Below, piece after piece: positions 52,601 through 64,000 of a DNA stretch of 64,000 bases. Positions within the stretch are counted from its first letter, which is position 1. Each line of letters begins with the position of its first letter. The position numbers and the translations under genes were made by a program. Below the pieces are notes generated by a model. That model was not told where the DNA came from. It saw only the letters and a list, made by a program, of their open reading frames with translations, and made no database searches. This DNA comes from Vicugna vicugna. Taxonomy: Eukaryota. The DNA is taken from positions 1,612,001 to 1,676,000 of the forward strand of contig MU057711.1 of NCBI GenBank assembly GCA_013265495.1. The letters are read 5' to 3'.

Positions 52601-55600
52601 TCAACAAGGGTGGAGATTCCAGCCACACTGTATCCTGGTTCATCACACAGTCTGCACCAACTCCGGTGAAATCACTCTTCTCTCCTCCCCAAATGGGGGC
52701 TTGGCCATTTCCCTTGAGAAAGGGACACACTTCAGGGCTCTTCTTAATAGTTTTGCTCCCCCTGTGAGGGAGGAGAAGTTTAGGAAATTCCAGGCAGGAC
52801 CCCCTCACCTTCCCACCACCCAGAGAGTCAGCCTTGACTCAGGAAGGGGTAAGTCAGCTTATATTTTCTGAGGGTCCCACCCCGTGTGCTTTATTTCACT
52901 CTGTTCTCTTCTAAGGACTAGAACTTACTGATTTCCAACTGTATTTTGTTCTGTTACAATTTGAAAATAATTGAAACCTAAATAGAATAGGTGACAATTC
53001 CTTGACTATTCAGGTGAATGACTACACACATACAAGATTCTAAGCACTTTACAGATGTGAACTCATTGATTCTTTATAATGCATCCTCATTTTACAGATG
53101 AAGAAATTGTGGCACAGAGAAGTTAGACAACTTGCCAAGATCACACAGCCACCCAATGTGGATTTGAACCCAGCCGCCCAGCCCAGAGTTCAGGCTTTCA
53201 CACTGCCGCCTCGCCTTTCCCTTTGCCTGCCCTCCCAGCCTGCCTTTAGGGACACAAGTACCCTCAACACAGAGCCCTCCCCATCTCAGGATGACAGGGA
53301 AAGTGACCTTGTTGGTTTCCAGAGGAGTCTTGCCCTTTCCCTCTCTGGGGCTTTGGGCCTGGGTTCCATTCCCTTCCTTTTCTGCACAGCTGCTTCCTTC
53401 TCACTCCTATCAGGCCTTCCCTGAGCCCCCTCAGTCAAGGAGACCCCTCCCCAGGATCCCCCAGACACCACACTATTTATTTCCTCCAAAGCTGATCATG
53501 TTGTGAATTTCATTGCTGTTTTTCATCTGTATTCTTGGTGACTCTCTCTCTTTCCTCCCCAGATTAACCCTATGGTCCAGAACAGAGTCAGAACATCAGA
53601 AAGATGGACCAAACAAGTAAATGCAAACAAAGTGAGATTTGGGCTTGTACAGATATGACAAGAGAGGTGATCAGGAGGGTTTCAGGAGGAAAGGATGGCT
53701 GAGCAATGGCACAGGGTATAAAAACATGGTGCCTACCCAGGCACATAGATGTACTGTGCCACGTGCTTCAGGGTAGTGTTGGCTGGGTAGACTGGGGGTA
53801 TAAACGGGCTAGAATTAAGGGCCTTGAATGCCAGGCTAAGGAGCTTGGGTTTTACCAGCAGGCAACGGGGAGCCAGTGAGGGAGTTAGAGAGATGTCAGG
53901 ATGCCTGCTGTGACCTGGCAGGGTGGGTGGGCAGGGAGAGGCTGGGGCAGGAGGCCCCATCGGACCTAGCTGAGGGCTCCTCCTGGTAGGGGAGACCCAG
54001 GGCCTGGGGAAAAGGCAGGGACAGGGGAGGCCCAGGAAGGATCTGTTGCCGGCAGTAGCTGGGTGCGGAGAAGACACCAGCTGCGCGCTGCGGCAGGAGC
54101 GGGACCGAGAGAGGAGAGAGAGGGAGCCTCCCACGGTCTGAAATTGCCCAGATGCATTTTCTCAAAATCAGCACAGTTCAGGATCTTTGTTTTCTAGTTT
54201 TCCCTGCCCACTTCAGGGCGATGAGGAGCAGATTGTGTTTCCAAACACATCACCAGAATCTGCAGTGGAAGTTGGAAGAATAACCCCAGGCTTCTTGGTC
54301 TAATTCTCAAGGTCAACTGATATCATTAGAATAACATGAACTCAATTTGAGTTACAGCAGGGAAATCATGTTAGGAATATGGGTCACTCGTCACCGAGTA
54401 ATGAAGCTGTTACCTCGCACGATCGCAAACGGGCTCAGAAGCCTGTCGGTGTCCTCGCCCCGTGGTCGTAACAATGGGGCTGGCTCGGAACAATAGAGTC
54501 GCCCACGAAAACCCAAGCCCTCTCAAAGAGGGAGACTGTGATGGAGCCGGGACCAGCTCTCTCCTGCCTGCAGCCGAAGAGCCAGCCAGAAGGGCGGGGA
54601 TGTCCCGGAACAAAGGGCAGGTTCCTTCCTGTTGGTTTTCATTGAGACGCTTTCTCTGTGATTTTTGAGATTTTCTTTAAAAGCCGCAGTGGGGAACAGA
54701 CAGAGGGACAGGCCCTGAGGTCATAGAACAGGCAAAACCCAGTGCTCCATCTGCCAGGGAAGACGGTTAAGGGGAGCACTGGCCAGCGCCTGCCCCAGAG
54801 TCAGCTCTGACAGCATCCTGTGTAGACAGTAAGAGTCATGACACAGATGAGGAAACGCGGGTGGTGGGTCAGGGGTGCGACAATGGAGTGGTGAGACACC
54901 CACTTAGTAAAGGGGCCACTGCTGCCCGGGGCCAGCCCACAGCTGCACAACAGACATGTGGGCCAGCTTTGAAAGATCTCTCGATGTTTCCGTGAGAAAC
55001 AGAAACTCAGAACTGGATGTGAAATCTCCTTATTTTAGAATGGTGGCAACTCACTAAAAATGCTTCAGGGCTGTAGTATCCGCACCACAACCACGTCCCA
55101 GTGTTGCAGATTTGTGACTGACAGGGTCCAGAAAGGCTCACAGATCCCCTGCCAGGTACTGAAGGCCCTGGGTTAGGAGATCTTGGTCCCTATGAACTCC
55201 CGTTACCACAGTGAGGGAGGGACGGCGGCCAGCCTGGGAAGGGGCTCAAGCCCTCACAGTGGATGCCCTGGCATGCCCCTGCCCCCTCCAGGGCCGAAGT
55301 ACTCAGCAGACGGCTGCTAAGTGTTCACACTCTGCTCTCTGCTGAGCCATCTTGGGGTGTCACCTGGGCTGAAAGAGACACTTCATACAAGGATGCCGCC
55401 TCCCTGGGGTGACCCACATCTGATGGCTGGTGTTGGGGGTGGACTTCTTACTCCGATTGGAAGCATCTCGGAAGCCCCACACCAGCTCCAGGGCTCCCAG
55501 GAAGACCATCTGAGGCCTTTGCCATGATTGGATCATGGCCTGGTTTCTACTTCTGCCCAGTCTTGCTTCCTTGACTCCCTCCAGATGCTGATCCTGCATG

Positions 55601-55859
55601 CTACCCCATAGAAAACCTAACCATGATGCTCTCTTAAGCCCTAGTTTCCTCATTTGTCCCATATGGAGAATCACTTGCCTTATCATGTCTTACGAGGTGG
55701 AAATGAGTTGACGGACATGGAGGTGGCAAAGCTAGGAAGGCAGCATACATGCAGCAGGTGCTCAATAAGCATTCACTGTGCATTGTGGCCTGAGTGCATA
55801 GGAGAAGGCAGTAAATAAGTGGCTGTTGTTATTAGCCATGTGGAATTTATTCCCTACAG

Positions 55860-56069
55860 CAGAGCTGCTCCACCTCGCCGCCACTGATATTCTGGGCCAG
55901 ATCACTGCCCGTCGTGGGGGAGGAGGGGCTTGTTCTGTGGTGGCAGGATGCTTAACAGCCTCTACTCCCTAGACACCAGTAGCAACCCCCAGCGGTGACA
56001 ACCAAAAATGTTTCTATGCGTTGCCAAATGTCCCCTGAGAGGCGAAACTGCCCCCGGGGAGAGCCTCTG
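55860..56069. mobile_element. MER20 DNA transposon
   Basis: ccactgatattctgggccagat...gtgacaaccaaaaatgtttct...ttgccaaatgtcccctg. Confidence 0.8.
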
Positions 56070-59000
56070 CTCAGAGCCATCAGAGTTTCTCAAGCCACAG
56101 TTGGGGAAGACCCCAGCCTCAGTCCAAAAGTTGACCAAGGGGCCTATTCCAGGCCTCGCCCACAGGGAACAGAGCAAGGGGCAGTACGGGGCAGTGGGAG
56201 GAGCCCGCACAGTGGCCAGAGACACTGCTTCAAGTCCCAGCGACTTACCACGCAACCCAGAGATGGCATCTCCCACCCAGCCTCGGTGTCCTCCTATGAG
56301 GAACAGAGATATGAGCCGCGTCCTGCTGACCTTCTGAGGACAGAGCGTGCCGGAAAAATGTTTCAGTTTGGTGGGTGGGAGAGCATTTTGACAAAATGTT
56401 GTGCAGAAGTACAAAAAATTGATTCATACCAACAGTCGCCCTACCCAGAGAGGGACGGCGGCCAGCCTGGGAAGGGGCTCAAGCAGACAGAAAGGCAAGC
56501 AGACAGAGGGGCCTTTATTTACACAGTCACTCTTCTCTTGTCCCCACTGCCCCAGGGAAAGGGAAGCCACTGCTAAAATGCTTAAGAAATAAATAAGCTG
56601 AATTCTTAGGATCCACCAGGTCCTAATGATTTATGGGATTTTCAAGGTAAATTTCACTTGGTGAAATGTTGCCTTATATGGCAACTTTCCTAACCCCTTG
56701 AGTAAAACGTAACTGGGCTCTTTTTGGGTTTTTTTTTACTCCAAAAAAGGTGAATAAAAAACATATCAAAGAGAGTTATGCCCACTTGACAAACCCATTC
56801 CACCAGCAGTGGGCAGCAGAAACAGGAAAAGAAAAGTTTGCCTCTGATACACCTGGTGGAGGCAGAGACACTGGCTCCGCCCCCCTCCACCGCCTGCCCT
56901 CCATCCTTCCCTCCCTGGAACAGAGGAGAAGCGGCGAGAGCCTGAAATAGCCTCGCTCCCAACGGTGAGGCAGGAAGCCACCAGCCCCACAACTGAGCTC
57001 TCATGCAATTGACACAGAGAGACTGCCGCTGCCTGTGTCATTCACCTCCCACCCAGCCAGGGAGGGGAGGCTGGCAGGGGTCTGCAGGGTGTGCTTCCCC
57101 AGAGGCATCCCAAGGAAGGCAGAAGGAAGAAGGGGATCGGTTCCAGGGCAAGGGGCTTCTCCCCTCTGCTGAAACCCCCGATTCTGGCTCTGCCACCCCA
57201 GACCCAGGGGCTCAGCTGGGTTGACCTTGTAAGGGGTGGAGGCTATAGATATTTCAGGGACCGTTAAACGTGCTTGAGATCCAAAAAGGAAAAAAAGGGT
57301 ATTGACTCTAAAATATGACTGGAAAACTGTAAAATCGAAATTACTGACAATTTAAAGCCAGATTCCAAAACCCTTTTAACATTTTTAAACAAAGTAATTT
57401 TTGCAATGATTACAGTCAACGTAAGCTGCGTAGATTTTAATATGTTGATGTGATATGGAGGAGGGCCTCACAGAAGTCTTAAACTGGCCCCCGAAACATA
57501 CTCTTTTCACCTCCTGGGGGTACAAATTCTCTTACCTTGCTGTGTCTAAGTGGGACATGGAGGCAGAAGGGCTCTGAGCCCACTCGGCCCTCCTCTCCCC
57601 AAGAGGAGGAGGCAGGATAGCCTCAAAGACCCCAGAGCACGGGCATAGTGGGAGCCAGTGTTCCGCAGCTGTGGAGAGCTTTAGAACAGATCTGAACTCC
57701 TACGAGCCTCCTGCCAAGTCTCCCAGACCAAGTCATCAGAGCCTTGCAATCACCTGCCTTCATCTCAGCAAATCTGGTGGAAGGTTCCAAGATGGGAGTT
57801 AGGAACCCAGGTTCTGGGCCAAGCCTTACCTTCTGACTTTCTTATAGGCGAAGGAAATGCAATACTTTCTGCACTAATGTCACTACCAAAAGCAGAGAAA
57901 CACAGGCTGGACCTAGAAGGCCATTTTTATTAAATGAAAAATGGGAAAAGGCACATTTCTTTGGGAAAGTGACTGAGTTCTTCATGAAAGAGAACACTCT
58001 TCTCACTGATTTCAGGTGCAAAAAAGTGCCTGCTCTTCCATCGTGACAACTCACTTCACCCATTCCTCTGACCTACCAGACGTAGGTGGTCACCTGAGCT
58101 AGCAAGCCCTAAAGCAGGTGCTTCCCAACCCTGTGATCCTCCAGGACCCTGGTGTCCTCCGCAAAATCACATGTAGTCAATGGAGGGCAAATGCCAGAAC
58201 CAGAGGCAGCCCTGCCCACTGCCTGCTGCCTACCCCAGTTGGCAGAAATCTCTTTTCCCAGTTGGTGGGCAGGGTTGTGTTTACTTTGCAATTAACAAAG
58301 AACAAAGGAAGTGGCAGGGGGGCGTGGGGTGGGGTTACGGCTGGCTTTTGGGGACCAGAATCCCTGCCTTGCCCCTGGTTCTGCTGACTCCAGGTCTGGG
58401 GGCGGAAGGGGTGTCAGTGCCATCCATCACTTCACATCAGTCTGCGTCTTTTGCTGGCCAGGTCACCAGCTGCAGCAGATGGGCTTACTCTCCAAGAGAT
58501 GCAAGGGGCAAAGCACCGCTCAAACAGATCCCCAGGCCCACACAGGTCTGGGGTGATGAACAAAGACTCCCCTTACTCACCAAGGGGACCACTGGGAGAC
58601 CAAGGGACCAACGGATTCTGGCCGCACAAGTCTCAGAGAACAGCCCCTGCTGGTCCTTTGTCATGCCATCTTCAAAGTGGCAACCATGTCCCCGTGCCTT
58701 ATGTGGGGATATGGCAGACCCCCACAAATAAAAGCAAGGAGATTTGGGGGGCACAGGAGGTGCTGGTACAACAGATAGGGCTCCGAATTACCCATGGTAA
58801 ACAAAGCAAATTACATTTACTTCCACGGGAGCCTGAGATTTTGACAGCAAAGAGAGACTTATGGTAGAGTTGTTGCTGCATTTATATTTAATAAATTTAA
58901 GAGAGAGATGAAATAGACTTTAGCAAGGCTAGTGAAATATTTATAAAAGCACACCGAAGCCATGTAAGGGAAAGAGAGGGAAATAAAACAGCTCACATGT

Positions 59001-60460
59001 GGGATCAAATCGAGCAAGCCAGCTTTTAACCTGACAGCTCCCTAGCACTGCGGGCAGAAAGCTGCCAACAGGCCACAGATGCACCACACCTGAGCTAGCC
59101 GGGAAGCAGAGGGAGGTTTGAGGAGGGGAGGTGGGGTGGGACGGTGTGTGTGCCCAAGGCACCACCAGCTCCATGTGGTCCAGGGCATCTGTCACACCTG
59201 CCCGCCTGCTCAGGTGCGCCTGGCACCTTGCACTGCCAGCTAGAGCAGGTTCTCCCGCCACTGGCCTACATCCAGTCCAGCCCATGGCCTGGTAGGATCT
59301 TACAAGGCCCGCAGGAGGCCTCAGAGACAGATGGAGGCTGGACCCCCCGGGGTTTCCATCTCTCAGGGAGAGCGGTCGGTCTTCAAACTACTGTCCCCGG
59401 AAGGTCCGGTCTGGGGATTGTTAGACTGAAGGGAAACTGGCTAGGCTTGTTAGTTTGCAGGTTCGTAAGCTCTTTGCAATGCACAAGTAACATATATTCA
59501 TGGTGGAAAAATCAGAAGACAGGTGAACAAACATGCAAACCCTATCACCCTAACCTCAACCACCGATGGCATTTCCAGGCTGGCTGCCTACCGTTTTTCA
59601 AGGGACAGTCTTAATATTATGTAGTCCCACTTGTTCCTGCCATGCTATAGAAGATGCTGGCCCTTGTGTGCCTTGTCCCTCACCCTTAGCTCAGGGTCTT
59701 GCCCTCTGCCTGGGACCTCCTTCTTTTCCTGTCCTGATCCGAATCTAAACTCATCTTTTTAGACCCATTTCAATCCCGTCTTCCCAAAAAGACACTCACA
59801 TGCTGCCTTCTGGTCCAGTCTCTGCCTCTGCTGAACCCTATGTCATGTTTATGTGACACACTGTGCTTCATTCTTAGACCGTCCTGCTTGCTGGTGGTGT
59901 TGCATGTTGACTTTTCTTGTCTTCTCATTCCCGTAGATCTTGTCTTTTTACTTATTTATTTTTTTGTCTCTCTCTGCTTTCACTGGGCACCCTCAGCCCA
60001 CTGCAGCACCACAGCATGCTCCAGACAACACCCCAAACCCAGCACCTCCAAAATCATCATCTGCTGGCTTCAGCAGTGGGCTGTGAACGACGTCAGCTCT
60101 CCCTCAGAGAACTGCATCAATGCAGGCCGCTTCCTCCCGGAGCCCCGGGCTGATCTCCAGGAATCAGGTTGCGGAAGATCAGTTCACCTAGTGGCCAGCC
60201 GACCCAGCTCCTGAGGGCTGCTCTGGGAGTTTTTGTTCCCCTAACTCGGGTCTTTGCCCTGCCTCTGCCACTCCTCATAATGCAAATGCACGGGCTGTGC
60301 TAAACACTGCTTGCTGGGTGCCTGTCCTCCCACCCACTCTTGCACCTTTGGGGTTAAAATGACTGTGGAGAACTCTGCTAGACCAAGTCGAAGACGTGTG
60401 TCTGACAGCTCATTCAGCAAACCGGACTTGTTAAATGAATTTTCCGCACATTGGCCTTTT

Positions 60461-60607
60461 TCAGGAGTGGGGAGGGGAGATAATTAGGCTTGTTCATTCA
60501 TTCATTCATTCATTCATTTATTTATTTAATGGAGGTACTGGGGATTGAACACTTAACCTCGTGTGTGCTAGGCATGCACTCTACCACTAAGCTGTACCCT
60601 CACCCCC
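60461..60607 (-). mobile_element. tRNA-derived SINE, Vic-1-like
   Basis: (TTCA)n/(TTTA)n then atggaggtactggggattgaac...ctctaccactaagctgtaccctcacccc. Degenerate TSD cacattggcctttt/cacactggctttt. Confidence 0.8.
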
Positions 60608-61169
60608 ACACACTGGCTTTTGTGAATTGGTATAGTTCCTCACTGGTCTGGAAAGGAGGTTCTGAAGCAATACGGTGGGGTGGGTGGAGGAGCAGGAAAG
60701 GGGACACAGTCTGGGGTCCAGCTCTCTGCCTCTTCAGGCCACACTCTCCAGTCTCTGGCCTCCTGACCCTGAGCCCCTCCCACCTTCCCCTTTCAGTCTA
60801 CAGCCTCCTTCCTTCAGGCCCTGCCTAAGGATTCTGTGCTCCGACTTCCAGGGTCGTGCTCATTCGAGTATCTCCACAGAGAGGCTGAGTGTCATGGGAA
60901 AACATAAGAAACAGAAAAGGCAGGAGCGCAGTGGGCCAGGCCAGGGCACTGTTCCCAGAGCTTCTTGTAGTAAGAGCAGGTAACAAGGGATCAATAATTA
61001 CTTCCTGTCTCCCCACTTCCGGTTTCATGCCCTGTTCTCCGGCCAGGCTGAAATCTCTTCCCTTCTTAGAATCTCTCTCGTTCTCACCTCCCGTCCTTTA
61101 CACAGGCTGTCACCTCTGCCAGGGCACTTTCTTCTTCTTTCTTCCTCACTACCTTCTTTAAAAAAACCC

Positions 61170-64000
61170 CACAACTTTATTGAGGATAATCTAGGTGCAA
61201 TAAATCGCACACATTTAATGTGTACATTGAGCCAAGATTTGACCCATGTATAGGCCTCTGGACCATCACCACAGTCAAGGTAGGGAACCTAGCCATCACC
61301 CCCCAGAGTTCCCTCCTGACTCTGCAATGCCTCCTACTCACCCTTGCCCCAGTACCCAGGTAGCCAGTGATCAGCTTTCTGTCTCTCTAGATTAGTTGGC
61401 TGTTCTTCCAGAGTTTTGTATACACTGAACAACATGATATATACTCTTTCGATGTCTGGCTTCTCTCTCTTAATGATTATTTTGAGATTCTTTTGTTTGT
61501 ATCAGTAGCTCATTTCTTTCTGTTGCTAAGTAATATTCCATTGTACAGATATACCACACTTTGTTTATCCATTCATCCAGCTGGTTGCAGCAAAAATAAA
61601 AAATTAAGCTGCAACGAACATTCATGTGCAAATTTTCCGATGGATAGATGTTTTCATCTCCAGTGATAAATCTCTTAAGAGTAAGGTGGTCTGATTGCAC
61701 GACAGGTACATGTTTAAATTTTTAAGAAACCATTAAACTATTTTTTCAAATCAGCAGTAGAAGGGAGTTCTAGTTTTCCTACATCCTCATCAGCACTTGG
61801 TATGGTCAGCCTTGTTCATTTCCCCCATTCTCATAGATGATCAGTGGTGGTTAGTTTGCATTTCTCTGCTGGCAAATGATACTGAGCATCTTTTCATGTG
61901 CTTATTTGCCATCCATGTATCCTCTCTGCTAAAGTGTCTGTTCAAATCGTTTGCCATCTTCTATTGGCTTGTTAGTTTTCTTATTCTTAAATTTTGAAAG
62001 TTCTTTATCCTAGAAACAAATCCTTTATCAGATATAGGATTGATACTATTTTATCGTATTCTGTATCATATTCTCTGGTTTGTCTTTTCATTCTTCTAAT
62101 GGTGTTTTGCAAAGAACAGAAGTTTTTAATTTAGATAAAATCCAATTTATCAATTGTTTGCTGTTAGGGATCCTGGTTTTGATGTCATTCCTAAGAAATC
62201 TTTGCCCAACCCAAGGTCACACATTTTCTCCTGTTTTTTCCTTCAGAAATTTGCATGGCTTTATTTTTTACATTTAGATTCATGATCCACTTTGTGTTAA
62301 ACTTTTTATATGATGAGAGGTATAAATCAGAGTTCATACTTTTGCAAATGGATATCCAAATGTTTCAACACTATTTGTTGAAAAAACTATCTTTTCTCTA
62401 CCTTTGCATCTCAGTCAAAATTCAGTTTTCCACATATATGGAGAGAGCCCTGTTTCTGGGCTCTGTTTCATTCTGTTTCATTTATCTCTTTACGACAAAA
62501 TACCACACCCTCTTGATTACTGTAACTTTTTTGTAAAGTCACTGTAGTCCCCAACTTTGTCTTGTGCAAAGTTGTTTTTAGAATTTTAGAGTCAGCTTGT
62601 TAATTTTGATTGGAATTGCTGCAGGTAAATTTGGGAAGATTTAACATCTTAAAAATACCAAGACTGCTAATCTGCGAACAAAGTATATCTATTTGTTTAG
62701 TTCTTCTTAAATTTCTTCAGCAATATTTTGTGGGTTTTGGTGTATAGCTCTTGCACACCTTTTGTCAGATTTATTCCTGTTTCATATTTTTTGATATTAC
62801 TATAAATGGTATGTTTCATTTTAATTTTTAATCATTCCTTGCTAAATACAGTTAATTTTTATATATTGACCTTGTTTCCTACAGCCTTGCTAAACATCTT
62901 AATTCTAGTTGTTGTTTTATAGATTCTATCAGATTTTCTATAAAGATAATCATCATCTACAAATAAAGATATTTTTACTTCTTTTTCGATATAGATGTAC
63001 TGTCTTTCTCTCCCCCACCCTCCCTTTCTTTCTTTTTCCTACCCTCTCCTCTCCTCTTCGTGCCTCACTCTTCCACCCTTTTCTTTTTTTTATTTTTCCT
63101 AGTCTTTCCCCACTATTTTACTGCTAGAGCCTCCCATACAGTATTGAATAGAAGCAGTAAGAGTGGACGTCCTTGTCTTGTTCCTTATTTTAGGAGAAAT
63201 GCACTCATTCTTTCATCATTAAACATGATGTTAGCTGTAGGTTTTTCAAGATAAAGAAGTTCCCTTCTGTTCGTAATTTGTTGAGAAATTTTAACAGGAA
63301 AAGATGTTGAATTTTATCAAATGCTTTTTCTGTGTCTCTGAAGGTGATTATAAAATTTTCCTTTTCTCATTCTTGAACATGGTCAATTGCATTGATTAAT
63401 TTTAAAATGTAAAACTACCTTGGTCATGATATATTATCCTTTTTATGTGCTATGAAATTTCATTTCCTAAAATTTTGTTTTAAATTTTTACATGAAGGAT
63501 ATTATTCTCCAGTGTTCGTATGTCTGAAACAGTCTATTTTGCCTATTTTGTGTGTGTGGTTGTGGTAAAATATATATAATTCAAGAAGGAATTGGTCTGT
63601 AGCTTTTTTTAATGTAATACCTTTATCTGGTTTTGATCTCAGGATAATGCCGCACACACAGGATGAAGTGGAAATATTTCCTCCTCTTCGATTTTCTGGA
63701 AGAGTTTATGCAGAATTGTTATTATTTCTTTTTTTATTTGAATGTTTGATAGACTTCACAAGTGAAGGTTCCTAGGCCTGCAGTTTTCTTTGTGGGGATG
63801 TTTCTGTTATAAATTTAATTATTTTAAAAGATAGGGAGCTATTCAGATTATCTGCTCTTTTGGGATGAGATCTGTTTGTGATTTTCAAGGATTTTGTTTT
63901 TTCATCTAAAATATTGAATTTATTGACATAGAATTGTTCGTAGTACTCCCTCATTAGCCTTTTAATATCTCTAAAGCCTGCAGAGATGCTAATTCTCTCA
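61170..64000 (-). mobile_element. Old L1M element (3' end and degenerate ORF2), continuing beyond the window
   Basis: T-rich; aactttattgagg, tttgtttatccattcatc, gagcatcttttcatgtgcttatttgccat, ccttgtcttgttcctt, ttttatcaaatgctttttctg. Confidence 0.9.

Noticed and set aside
40495..52860. Isolated GTAAGT donors (about 40503 and 52849) as lncRNA exons
   Set aside because: Such hexamers are expected by chance and no exon chain can be supported without transcript data.
52140..52871. 243-aa ORF
   Set aside because: It runs through a CT-rich low-complexity tract that lacks stops; the Leu/Ser/Cys-biased product has no recognisable domain.

Overview
Mammalian genomic DNA, most likely a camelid (Camelus/Vicugna/Lama). 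The lineage call rests on four short tRNA-derived SINEs resembling camelid Vic-1; I saw no Alu, B1/B2, Bov-A/BovB or PRE-1 elements. The only gene I can support is a five-exon + strand C16orf78 orthologue (CDS 11551/11554-22120, 798 nt spliced, 265/264 aa). All its introns are GT-AG and the phases are consistent. From recall of the human genome, C16orf78 lies between CBLN1 and ZNF423, so the rest is probably non-coding DNA in a developmental-gene neighbourhood. It consists of old repeats (MIR, L2, L1M, MaLR/ERV LTRs, MER20 and hAT-type DNA transposons) with several repeat-free, motif-dense blocks that look like enhancers. Almost all ORF-track entries are spurious. I found no convincing new biological system. 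The most unusual observations are a perfect complex tandem amplification of an LTR end (45698-46097), an exact 35-bp direct repeat 1.2 kb apart, an LTR inserted at or next to the exon-1 splice donor, a near-palindromic CTCF-like site, and paired inverted TF motifs. Repeat family names and boundaries were assigned by eye and are approximate.
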